This document shows, piece by piece, positions 27,431 through 39,362 of a stretch of DNA of 60,000 bases. The notes under the pieces were generated by a model. That model searched no databases, was not told the DNA's origin, and saw only the letters and a list, made by a program, of their open reading frames with translations. This DNA comes from Laetmonice hystrix (Eukaryota). Position numbers and translations under genes: made by a program. The stretch lies in contig OZ249436.1 of NCBI GenBank assembly GCA_965235115.1, positions 6,760,001-6,820,000 on the forward strand, written 5' to 3'. Each line of letters opens with the position of its first letter. Within the stretch, counting starts at the first letter, position 1.

Positions 27431-30400
27431 GTTTATCCTCTCCCTCCTCACAGGCCCAGTTGCCATCCTGGGGGTCAGGTGACCCTCTATTGCGTGGATC
27501 ACCTCACACATGCCAAGAACCACGTCCCCTAATCCGCCTCACCGACCTCCTGATGGATCATCTCCTTGTAATCCTCGCCTATGGCCCCAGACCAAGCCTC
27601 GTTTCTCAAGCGTATCATTTTCTCAAATGAAAATGTCAAACAGATAGCATGTCACCCGATACCTCTGGTCTTAAGCCGATTTATGGAATATTGGTTGAAT
27701 CTGATTTTGTTAATTTTAATATTTAATACCTGAATATAGGAAATTGACAGACGTGCCGGTGTATAGAATTTGCCGGATGACATTCTGTCGCCAGTTGACG
27801 TAACGTCAACCTCCTAGGTGGCAGCACCGTGGCGAAGGTCACGATCCTGACATTGCCGCTGGCCGTCCCATGTCTGCCAGCAGTGACAGCGCTGGATCCT
27901 GTTGCTGTGACCTATCTTTGACCTCTGCAGCCAGCTTCATCAGGCGCGCTGCCTTATGAGTCTGTGGCAATCTCCATCTGTCTTCATCACAAGGGTGATC
28001 CATCTTCTGCCCTGGCTGCCTTTCCGGGCCGGAAAGCCATGATCACTTCATCCCGGCTTGCCACCAAACACATGCTCTCATCTTATAAAATGCAAACAAT
28101 TGACGTAAATACCTTCACTTGGCTCCGTCGCCATGATTGACTGCTTCACGATAGTTCTCAAGCTATGCCACAAACCAAGGAAACGGTTATTTAAAATGGT
28201 AAAACAGTTTAAATGTGTGTCGCTGGTAACAAACTTGCACGTTTAAGAGAGGGAAAGATAAATGGATGGTTTATTAAGAAAAAGTTGCGTTATCACAACC
28301 GTTGCAATCTCTCTCCAGCGAGAATCCGAGTACACTGGGAACGAGTGCTACAGTGCCGCTTCAATTATTCATGGCACGATTCCCCTTCCCCTCTCTTATA
28401 TAGGTCACGTAGAACTTCAGTTTGAGCCATTTGTCACATTACCTCCAATTACACACATTAACACACACAATTTACCTGTGATTATACGCTCCTTTCTCTT
28501 TGCTGCCGCGGAAGGATGTGCTATAATTAGAGAAATGGAACACTTTTTCCAGCGTATATTCAGGAACAATGCTGGCCTTTCTTTTCCAGTCCAGCACACA
28601 TCTCCTTCATACATTTCTAGTTTAAATTATAGAACATTCCAGGGCAAGTTTATAATTATGCTTACCATTGACAAGCATGCCCCACATACGCCAGTTTTAA
28701 TGTTTTCACGTATCCTTGCAATGTTAATTCCTATGCTATATGACGTCAGGCTACATGTTATAGTATGTATCTGGGCCACAATTCACCCGGTTTAGTAAGG
28801 ATGCACAATATCCTGTAAATGCCTTCTACATGTTTTTCCTCGTATCATGACTTTCTGTTACGGTGTTCTTATATTGTTGTATCCAGCTCAGTGACAATCT
28901 ACCGTATACACCATGCTACTTTATGGCCAGTTATATAGGTAGATAAGATTGAAGATGGCATCCAGATAAGCCACTATTACAGACACACCGCAAACTTCTT
29001 ATGCCACATATTATATATATATATGCCGTGTTCGAGATGTTGGCATTGATACGGCCACCTGCCGTATCATTAGTATGCCGACTTCAAATCTCAAGAGTCA
29101 CTCGATGTAGTCAGACCTTGACCAAAGTATATATTCCGTTAGATCCCTTGCACTGCACGGCAATGCGTATATTCGCTATACATTCACGCCATCTGTCTTC
29201 AACCCACCCCCATACACTCACCAATCATTCCTGCAGTGGTGATAAGACTGTACTTCAGCTCCACGGACGACGCTAGGAGACGCTGCTGATAGGCTATACG
29301 CCAGGTATTGCGACCAGAGATCCTAAAACTATTAGCTGCCGTGATAGCCAATATGTAATCAATGGGTAGTACCCGTATATTTCTGTTTACAAGAAAAAAT
29401 CTTTATGCTGCCAAATAATAAAACGGCTCTGATTCTAACCAGTTGTTCTAACACACCATGGAAAAAATTGGAATGTTTTTTTCAGAGTTCTAAAGACCCG
29501 GTCATGACTACCTGCCGTCGACAGACTAACCCATATTTTGTCTTCTGTAGCTAATTTTGTGACATAGGCCTATCTATATGTACGTGATACTGTTCCGTTG
29601 AGACAGCCAACTCGTACCTGTTTCCAGAGTATAAATATCAGGCCAGGTGTCATTGTTAATAACGTGACAACTGGCGGTGCGGGTTTGCGTTCACCTGTCA
29701 GTGTCATAATCTAGGATGAGACATATGGCGCCAAAGATCTCTCTATGTCCACATCAATTTGTCAATGTTCGATCCACGTTTAGCCTGACCCATAGGCATA
29801 TAGCTAAAGGAGCGGACGTTTCCCCGACTTTGGGGTTTAATGTAATGGTTGTCTCAATACTACGGACCTATTTAACCTGGTTTAGATGCTTCAAGTTATA
29901 CCGCTTTACAAGAGAAGAACACACCGTACATTGACTTCTCAACGTGATGCTATTAACAAGCATGTATTCAGTAAATGCCTGGAGTCAGACTTTAGGACTT
30001 TAAGTAGATACAGGATCTCGTGATCTTCCATCCCGTCCTCTATATACGCATGGATCATGTATCGGCCGAGGAGGCATCACTTCTCCGTCAATAGACAGCG
30101 AATTACATTAGGGGGCATCACGAGTTCCTTCAGCTTTACAAAGCGGCTCTTTATAACTAAGCCAATAATATGATTATTTCAATGCCGTTCCTCCCTGCCA
30201 AGAGGTGGTCTACGCGCTAAACGCTGATCTTGCTAGCCTGGTTATAACAGGTTGACATCATGGCATTAAAGGCTGAGTGCACGTCAGGGTGGCCCCCCCC
30301 TGTCGAGGACTTGCCCTCCCGATTGGCTGCACACCTTTTTTAACACGTCAATCAGCACCATAGGAGGGGTGGACCATTTGTGCTGGAAAGAAAACCACCT

Positions 30401-33400
30401 TCAATGTCACAACTTCACCTGGGATTTATAAACGACAAGAAACCAGACATTGGGGATGGCAAGTGACCGTTCCCGCATTCTTCATGACCAGAGGCGTATT
30501 TTAAAACAATCTTAAACTTCAGGAGTGTAGTAAATGAAGTATGACGGTCATGCCCACAACTTTAGAAAGGGGAAACCTCCCTCCCTTTTATGATCAGCTG
30601 GAAGAAGTCCGCTATATTATCTTATTTCCTGGTGTATACGACCAAGTATTGGCCGCTTTCTTCATCGTAACAACATATAACACCGGAAGTGCGCCCCAGC
30701 GTCTCATTGAATTGCACTGTTTTCATTTCTAGCCAAAAACAATCTATCCACACGTCGCCATCTTGAATCTAGCCATTTAGCGCCTATTATGATTCCAACG
30801 AGGTGTACGAAATGCTTAGTTTGAGTTTGTTTTCGTTTGGTGGGTTGGGGGTTCGAAAACATTGTCCTAAATAGGCCTGCTTTTCTTCTAATTATCAGCT
30901 TCCAATCATCAGAGATACATATGAGTTTATCTGCCTTGTCAGACCGTATTCCCACCTATTCCATGTATAAATTATACTGCCAATGCTCAACGCTAGAGAA
31001 GTCCATATAATTACGAGACCAGAATATGACGGCACATTAAGTGCGTCTCCCACATTCCCGAGTAAATCGTCGAGTGTTGTCATCCGGGCGACCAGCCGAA
31101 CGTCGAGCAGTGACAAATCCTTACCGAAAGGGGGCGCTTGACGCGCCATCATTCAGCACGCCTTACTTCCTACCAAGATATCCGTCAGGCCGCTCAACAC
31201 ATCCATAACTGTCCTCACGACGACAAATTAGTCTCGGAATTTCCCAACGAACGACGCTCTGGTGACAGTCTAAGTTATCGCAGCACGATGTATTTTGAAG
31301 GATCACCTAATGAAAAGCATACAAAGCATGTCTGTAGCATGCATGCATGCTACTTATAAGGGACACGTGCCGCTTTTTTCGGCTTGATAAATATGAAATC
31401 AGAATGGCCTTTTTTTCAGGTTACATGGAGCAAATGTTGGTTTTATTGGCAGTTTTTCTAATACATTTCCGTCCAGATGTAACGTCAGAAATTTCAAGGT
31501 AACCACGACAACCCGTACAGCAAATTTCACCCATAACCACATTGAATCCATGGCTCCAGGGACATAATATTGATCATTAAATGAAACTTGTGCTAAGAAT
31601 AGCTGGGATGAAAGCACCTTTACAACAGTATGTGAAGATCCTGCAGACCTTGCATGCCCTCTCAACGGAAGTCTCCCGCAGCATGGCCCTGACTATCGTC
31701 TTTCCTGCATCCTGTAATCACCCGCCAAAACTGTGAAGACGAACGCTGGGAGCAGACGACAGTCAGCGTCAGTTGTCAACTGTGAGCGTCACTCATGCCG
31801 CGTCGCTGACGCTAATAACACTGCCCGTATCACGACTTGCTGACCGCCAGGTAAGTTGGATAAAGTCTGCTGACAGGTACAACCCTCGTTTGTCCTTACC
31901 TGTCAAAGAACGTCCCCACTAAACACCCCAGGACTTCCCTTTATAGACCTATTGGAACATGCTAAAAGGTTGACTCTCTAATTACAGTGCATGCGTGTGT
32001 GCGTGGACGAATGTGCGTAAAGATATAGTCCTACGCGCGTTGTGTGCGTCAGTATGTACTCACGTCGCATAGCAAGCACATAAAAGATTCTTCCGCCGGA
32101 AAAAATATACGCTATGATCGAAATCATTGGTTTGTGTTATAAATACTAGCGTTCCTCTTTATCTCAGTATATGTCCGAGACCTCGGTCTATAGGAGCTGG
32201 TAATTATACCGACATACTGTGATGATGAAGGTCTGGTATGTTATCGGTATGAGTTAGATGACGCTCCGCGATAACAACCATTGATGTTTTGATCAAACGC
32301 CGGAACTGGACGATTTCATGTTTTGTACAGCGATCACTCTTCCTGTAAATAAAACAGCTTTATCTTTTTCTGCATTAGCGAAAAAAATGTCTTCCTCCAA
32401 ACATAATCATTAATAAAACTGGACTAAGTTCATGTAGGTGTAGGTTGCCACCTGAGTAGGTCTTCACACTATCAAGTGCACCCATGTTCACGGAGGAACT
32501 GGAGCGTTTAAAGTATATGAGTTAGAAGGTCACACTCTCGGGATGCAAGGTCATGTGGGGAGAAATTATACAGATATTCAAAAAGTACAAGATTCACCAT
32601 TCTCCCGGCGTACAAAATACCGTGTCTATGTGCATGGCTTGGCGTGCATGAAGATGGGTCTACATAACTGTACGCAAGCAGATACGTAGGTCTATTACGT
32701 GTTAACGAAATGTTTGTTACAGCTATATAAAATATACATACATAGCCACGTACTTTTCCTACTAAAGAACAATCTTCGGTTTGAAGTTTGTTTTGGCCGC
32801 CATATTGCTGCTACAAGTTCAACATGGCCGTTGCCATGACGATCAACAATAGTGATCTCTTCCCATACATCTCATATACCTCATATCTTTAGGTCAGACA
32901 GAGAGTTTAATCATGTTGCTATGGATAACGACGTTACTAAGTGAAGACACCCAGGCTCCCCCTAGCGGTAATAGACTTTAACAGGCTGGGTAGAGGACCA
33001 GATGTCCTTCACCTGTACCGGACCTCGGCCTACCCCTCCAGCTCGGCTCCCACGGCTCGAGTTGCCCCTGTTGTTATTGACCGGCGTCTCTCGACATGGC
33101 TTGAGACGCCCAGATCCCACCATACAATACCTGGCCACTAATGAACGTCGTGTTGGGTTTCAGCGGGCTGTCGTCAGGAGAAGGGGTCGCCATTCTGCCA
33201 ATGGCCATAAATACAGGCGAGATTATGGAAATAATGAGTGAGCAATCGACACGTGGAAACTTGAAGACACGCTCCTAAGTGTGACGGTCAGGTGCTAACA
33301 AGGTGTGTATGTATATGTCACCGACCTGGATTGGGCCTGACATCAGGCACTTCTACTTCAGGTGTACGCTAGCTCCTGTTTCATATTAAGCTGAAATGGG

Positions 33401-35297
33401 TCAAAAACACATAGTAAGATACAGGAGCATGGTATAATACGGTATTATGACCTTTGAAATACATAAATAAGCTCCTGGAAATGTTTAGAGTAATGGAAAA
33501 TTGTACTGGACCTTTTTGTTTTGTAATAACATTAACAAAACAGCATTCAATCACGTTCTCTCTTTATGCAACCTACAGGTTCTCGGACCGATTCTGTTGG
33601 ATTTTGTACGGCCTTGGAGGCACTTAAGGTGGTGCGAGGTTGGCCAAGGTGTCCTTGCTACTGGGTGGGGGAATCTATTCTCTGCATATGATAATGTTCA
33701 TGGACGTTCTGTATTTCAGACATTTCGGGGTAGTGCATTTGGCCATTCCGACTATTGCTTCCATACAGAAGCATTGAGGTGCATGCCGGGTATTAATAGT
33801 GTGTGCAAGTGGGTCAAGAGAAAACATGAGAAACCCCGAGAACAGCCGGCTTTGGTCCTAAAGTAGTCGTCATCTCGTCACTTTAGCATTGCGAATCCCA
33901 TAGGAGCCGGCAACTCTCAACTTCTAAATATTATTATTTCATGGCTAAGATTTAATTGTTTAGGGACCAAAGTGACGCGTTTCGAGGCTATTCCTGCTCA
34001 TTTACATGTCAAGGACGCGAGACTTGCACGCCCTACTCACGGAGATCCGTTACAATAATTATTATCAAAGGTTATAAAAGATTCAGTCAGGAAGCCTGTA
34101 GCTGTCAGATATTATACTGTGGCCGCCTCCTCGCCTGGACATCAGGAGGCACAAAGACCTTCACAATCCTGCTAATATCTACAAGCCGTTCTCCACCTTT
34201 CAGACTGCATAATTCTACAATCGTAAAGAAACATAATTCGGATGATATTTGACGGTAAAGATTCACATCAGATAGATGTAACATCTATACCCTTGTCAAA
34301 AGTTACCTTGAGCAGCCAAGCTGAAACTGTCTTTATGTATCCCGGTCCGGGAACTGACTTGGTGCTTCTATATTAATCCCTGCCAGTATAACAGCGCACA
34401 TTTCGCTGATTTTGGTACGCTTTTTGTTCGCAAGGACCTTACAACTGCGTGCATCAAAGAGACGGAAGTCATTAACTTCAGCTGACGTCGACTTGGGTGA
34501 TTGCCAGAGCGTTACATGCAAGCATGGGACGTTTGTGTCTGTACCTGTCAACAACAGCCCACTCTAGCTGTCTCTTCATTAGCCACAGTGTGGCTCCTTC
34601 ACATATAGACGGACATGAATTGTTCCGACTTCTGCTCTTATTTTGTCTTTTATTATTGATTATTTAAAGTTTGATTTTTCTAAATGAACAAGCATCCATT
34701 GTTCAGATAATCTGAAGTCACTTTGTCATTATGATCAGGACTATCGTCTTCTGTCATCTAAACCATTGGTAATATTTCAAGTACATTCCAAGCCGACAAT
34801 AGTAAGATCCTTTCAGTGATCCTTGGGGTTATCAACATATGAAGTTCGCAAGATGCGATCAAATATTATCATGTTTCTCTTTATTTGGAACCTCTACGTC
34901 GGTAGTGAGTCTTCAGGTAACACAGTATCACCTATATGAACTCGCCTTTTAACAGTAATGTATACGCCATTTCGCCTGGACCAATCTATGGGGTCGTTGC
35001 ACAATAAAAGCCATGAGGGCTCATACTATCGCGAGGTATGAGCGCTCATAAAACAATATGTTATGAGACTCTCACGGCTGTGAGGAATGGTGAGAGTTTC
35101 CATTGCACAATCACCCTCACAGACCCAATCCTCATCAGGGTATCACTGTCTGCGAGGGTCTCATACATACCTCATACCTTCACCGTTCACGGCGGGAAAC
35201 TTTGTCGTTTCGGCGAATATTACCCGGGGGACATAGAGGAAGACTGGTGCTGCCACTAATGAGGTCAATAGTTTCACAACGGAAAGAGGGAGTGAAG

Positions 35298-36257
35298 ATG
35301 GCGGACTCAGAGCAGAATACACCACAGGTAAGAGTTGTTATTTGCAGATTGCCATTATATTACGAATCAGTGGTAATTCACTACAATTAGAAATTGTGCC
35401 CCACGTAGTCAAGGTTGTAGAAGATTGGGCCTTTGTGCATGTCATAAGTTTATTTATGTCAGGTGGTTGCTTTTTTTGCCCCGCAGAGTTCACATGCAGA
35501 ACCAGGTTGTTTGGCATTTGCCTAGTAGAAGTTGGATGGGGGTCGTTTAAGCCTAAGGAGTAGGCCTAGGCCTAGGCCTAGACTTATTGTGATAATGCAG
35601 TGGCGGATCCCGGGGGGGGGGGGGGGGTCGGCGACGTCCGGGCCCTCGCAAATTTCCCAAATTCGCCTTTTTATAAGCAAAATGCCATATTTTTACAACC
35701 AAAAGTGGCCCGTTTTTTACAATGCCAATGGACCCTCCCCCCTCGATTTGTCTTTTGTACTCAGGGCCCGGTCTGCTTGTCTTATTGCTTTTGTTTGGTT
35801 GTTCCAGCTATCCATCCATTCTTGGTTGGGAAAGAGTCATCCACTCGGAAAGATTCTTCCAAGTCCTCCTCCTCCTGCTCCTACTCCAGGACTGATGACA
35901 GAAAAACCAATGAGCTTGAGCGTATGGAAGCGGATGAAAGCTTACCTGAGTTTAACGATGGGAAGAGAAATAACACCCCCACCCCTAAGAAGTCAACTAC
36001 ACCCAGAAAAGCTGTTGTTCCCAAGTCTTCCTCGGAAACAACGGTCAATAAGACTGTGACTAGGAAGGCAAGCACCCCAAGGAAATCTTCCAATTCCACC
36101 CCCGGACCCAATTCGACATTGGAATTGCCAAACCCCCAGATAAAAAAAAATGAAGGGAACTCTCCCGACTGAAGAGCAGCCTGCGAGAGTCAACCTTGTA
36201 ACTCCTGTCAAGCATGTCAAGAAATCAACTAGGGGACGGAAGGGCAAGAGATGCTAA
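35298..36257 (+). pseudogene. Harbinger second (accessory) gene remnant encoding a Ser/Thr/Lys/Pro-rich basic protein
   Basis: AAGATGGCG start at 35298 gives MADSEQNTPQ, followed by a CAG|GTAAGA donor. A downstream coding-like block (about 35765-36257) reads KESSTRKDSSK...TPTPKKSTTPRK, with a probable frameshift in an A9 run near 36142 leading to ...RGRKGKRC*. It is convergent with the transposase, as expected for Harbinger. No Myb/SANT domain is recognisable. Confidence 0.5.
35598..35745 (+). mobile_element. One-ended MITE fragment (CAGTGGCGGATCC terminus, hAT-like) inside the Harbinger element
   Basis: CAGTGGCGGATCC followed by a long G run is a common MITE terminus. No matching GGATCCGCCACTG right end was found. 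Confidence 0.4.
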
Positions 36258-36787
36258 TTTTTATCCAGATCAGTCAGTTTATGCTCTTCCTACACGAGTC
36301 TACATCACAATTTTCTATCATTTTGTTTTGATATATTTATGTCAAAGTTTGAACAGGTTTTGTACGTTTTTAAGTACTTTTTGCTAGAAGTAATAATTTT
36401 GCCTGTTGATATGTGTCCTTGCGAAAAAGGACAACGGAAGCAGATATATTGAGAACTTCCATTTTATTGCTTCTCTTAGTTTATGCTGTATCCCAAAGAA
36501 CAGTATTGTATCCACTGTGGGGTTAGCAAAAGAAAACATTACCACACGATCATTCTGGAATAGAAGCAACAACAAGGCACGAATTTCCCGATAGACGTCG
36601 AGTTAATTTTTTTATTAGTCTGTGCTATGTTCCTTTATGCATTGTCCTTTTTATATGGCATGCTTTTATTTACACTCCAGCGGCAGCTAGTCAGCTGGTT
36701 CGATCAAAACATAAATGTACAAATATGATGTACAATAAATACCAACTGGTCATTATGTACAAGTATATATACTTGATTTGTATAGAT

Positions 36788-39362
36788 TTAAGAAAAGTAT
36801 CGCTCCACGAACTCGTTCCTCTTCACTAAGCCACGTTGGTAGGGCTGGCCTCGCCTATCTTGCACCCTGTCATTACCGTTTGCAGCCTCATGTGCCATAA
36901 CATCTCGCACGAAGTGCTCATCCACGTCCAACTCCTGGCCCTCCTGGATCGCTAGATTGTGAAGTGTGCAGCAAGCAATGATAATGAGAGAGGCCTTTTG
37001 TGGACTGACCATTAAATAGCCTGATGACTTGTCTAAGACTCTGAAAAAATAAATATATTTTAAAAAGAGAAGGTTAGTTTTAAATGCAATTTTAAACCTG
37101 AAATATGTTTATGTAGTATTTACCAAGTAAATACTTGGTTTGAGTCTTCCAGACTAGACGACTTTAAATGCTAACAATCCATGGAGTTTATCTGAACCTC
37201 TGTTTCAGTACACCAAAAGCTCTCTCTACTGTCGTCCGCGTCGAGATAAATGCACGATTATACCGGTGTTCAGCCTGGGTGACTGGATGAGCAATTGGTG
37301 TCAAGAGATAATCCCGTAGACCATATCTGTAATACCGGTCATGCTTAATAAGCATATTTTTGAACTGCAAGCTGGCTAATATCAATGAACTTTAAAGTTA
37401 AAGTTTGTCATGACTTAGAAAATAATTACCCGGAATCACCTAGAAGGACATATGGCCCAAACCCATCTCTCATGGCAACCTGACCGCAGGCAGACTCCTC
37501 AAAAACCCACTGGTCGTGTGAAGAGCCTGGCATGTAGGAGGAGATGAAAAGGAAGCGAAGGTCTGGTCCACATCCAGCCTGTAGAGGAGCAAGTGGAAAT
37601 CATTTGGGGGTAAAATTCAGAACTGAATTATTCGGGAAAAATATTTAGAAGAATGCAATTTCTGTTTTGTGGAAATTTTATTTTTTTAACTTGCCATCGC
37701 ATTCATGGCGTGGTACTGCTTCCGACATAGGTATGTCTCGCGATGGGCAGCGAATGGAAATTAGCGTGCTATAAATGCATCCTATGGTGCGGGGGAACCG
37801 ATTCTTTGCAAAAAAAACTCTAGCTATCTTGGCCCTCTGATACCCGCGAGGAAATCTGATATATCTGATGGGGTCTAGGCGTTTTCCCCGCCGGCGTTTT
37901 CCCGCCGGCGTTTTCCCCGCGGCGTTTTCCCCGCCGGGGCTTTCCCACCCGACCAAGTTCCCCGCCGGCGTATTCCCCCCCCCCCCGGGCTCCCCCTCGG
38001 CAATGGAAATAAATGACACGAGGCACGGTATTATTTTAGTTTTTACTTGTGAACTAAGGCATATCAGAACATACATTAACACACACATATATAGGTCCGC
38101 CTATATCCTTAAACTTCCTGTTTTTTTCCATCTTTTTTTTTGGGGGGGGGGGGGGGGTACAACCAGACAACGGCCGATTCTTGGAATGCAATTGCTGTTT
38201 GGTACATGGAGAAATCTTGAAGAAAAAACTAATGCAATGATGTTCAATGTTTTCATTAAAGAATGTGTAAAACTGACATATAAAGCAATACGACTAACAG
38301 AAAAACGCCAACGCCAAAGAACCGTTGCAACGTTCTCTCACAGCGCTACACTGCCCACCATATGAAGCAGTCGAATAAAAAAAAAAGACTTGACGCGGGG
38401 GGGGGGGGGTTAGGTGACGCGCGCGGGGACAAGATACGAATTTTTTTTTGCCTTACATGAAGAACTGTTATATGTGTAAACCTTTTCCAGTCGTATCCCG
38501 TATAGGATACGGGATAAAAAAAACATCATTCTTTTTTTGGAATGGTCAAAGGTCAATGGTCAAATGGTCAGGGGTCAACCACCTTTTAAACTAATGATTT
38601 ATTTTGAAAGTCTCACATGTTTCCTATCATGTCAACCTTGCTTAAATAAAATCGTTTGTGGACGTTTTTCCCCCTTTGAATTCTTTGTGTAATTTGTGTA
38701 ATTTGGTCTGGAAATCCCCCAGGCCCCTGGCAGGGACATTATGACGGGGAATAGACCGGGGGTAGGGGCAAGCCCGGGGGGAATACGCCGGCGGGGAACT
38801 TGGTGGGGTGGGAAAGCGCCGGCGGGGAAAACGCCGCGGGGAAAACGCCAGGGGGAAAACGCCGGCGGGGAAAACGCCTGATACCATCTGATGGAAGCAT
38901 CAAAAACAAAATCTCAAAAAGATCACAAATTACATTATCACAGATCCATGAAGAAAGCATGAAGAAATCTCGACTCTGACAGCTGTTTACGTATCACCCG
39001 TAAGGAGGTGGGGTAATTTATGTATGATAAATACTATTCCTCCCGTTGAAGCATAGATATTTTACGAAAAGTAACTCGTATATCAAAGTCACTTAACATT
39101 ACCATTGTGTCAAATTTGCTCAAAAATTATACGGAAATGAGATTCACTCGTGAAAATATCACACACTTACACGCTCCTCATGAGAGAGGCCGCCTGCCTT
39201 TCTGGACCCTTTCGTAGCAAACTGAGAACCGCCAAAATCGCGTGCCAGTCTTCTTACTAAATCCTTCGATAGCCTGTATCTTCTCCGAAATTTTCTCTGA
39301 TTATAACGAATAAGTGGATTTATCCTCGGAAAAAACTCTCGTTTGCGCCTTACAGCCGCCAT
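36788..39362 (-). pseudogene. Harbinger transposase (HARBI1-like DDE nuclease), multi-exon, inactivated
   Basis: Exons: 39362-39171 (MAAVRR...FRRRYRLSK...LSHEER|GTAAGT); about 38910-38886 joined to 37862-37696 (IRYIRFP...FPRTIGCIYSTL...YLCRKQYHAMNAM); 37578-37430 (PGSSHD...LLGDSG); 37326-37192 (YGLRDYLLTP...YNRA...RTTVERAFGVLKQRFR); 37040-36788 (IIIACCTLHN...ERYFS*). Lesions: IDGT has become IYST, a frameshift, an AT donor at 37191 and a MITE insertion. Confidence 0.92.
37872..38885. mobile_element. Nested foldback MITE with 9-bp TSD (Mutator/MULE-like, non-autonomous)
   Basis: About 110-bp inverted termini built of GGCGTTTTCCCCGCC sub-repeats (37872-37985 and about 38775-38885). ATCTGATGG is duplicated at 37863-37871 and 38886-38894. 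Confidence 0.88.

Noticed and set aside
27830..28135. Possible minus-strand host gene start (ATGGCGACGGAG...GAAG|GTATTT)
   Set aside because: The implied intron is only about 30 nt, downstream frames close quickly, and no protein family is recognisable.
30704..34554. Scattered 60-120-aa ORFs as host exons
   Set aside because: No recognisable domains and no consistent splice pattern. Small exons of a host gene cannot be excluded without transcript data.
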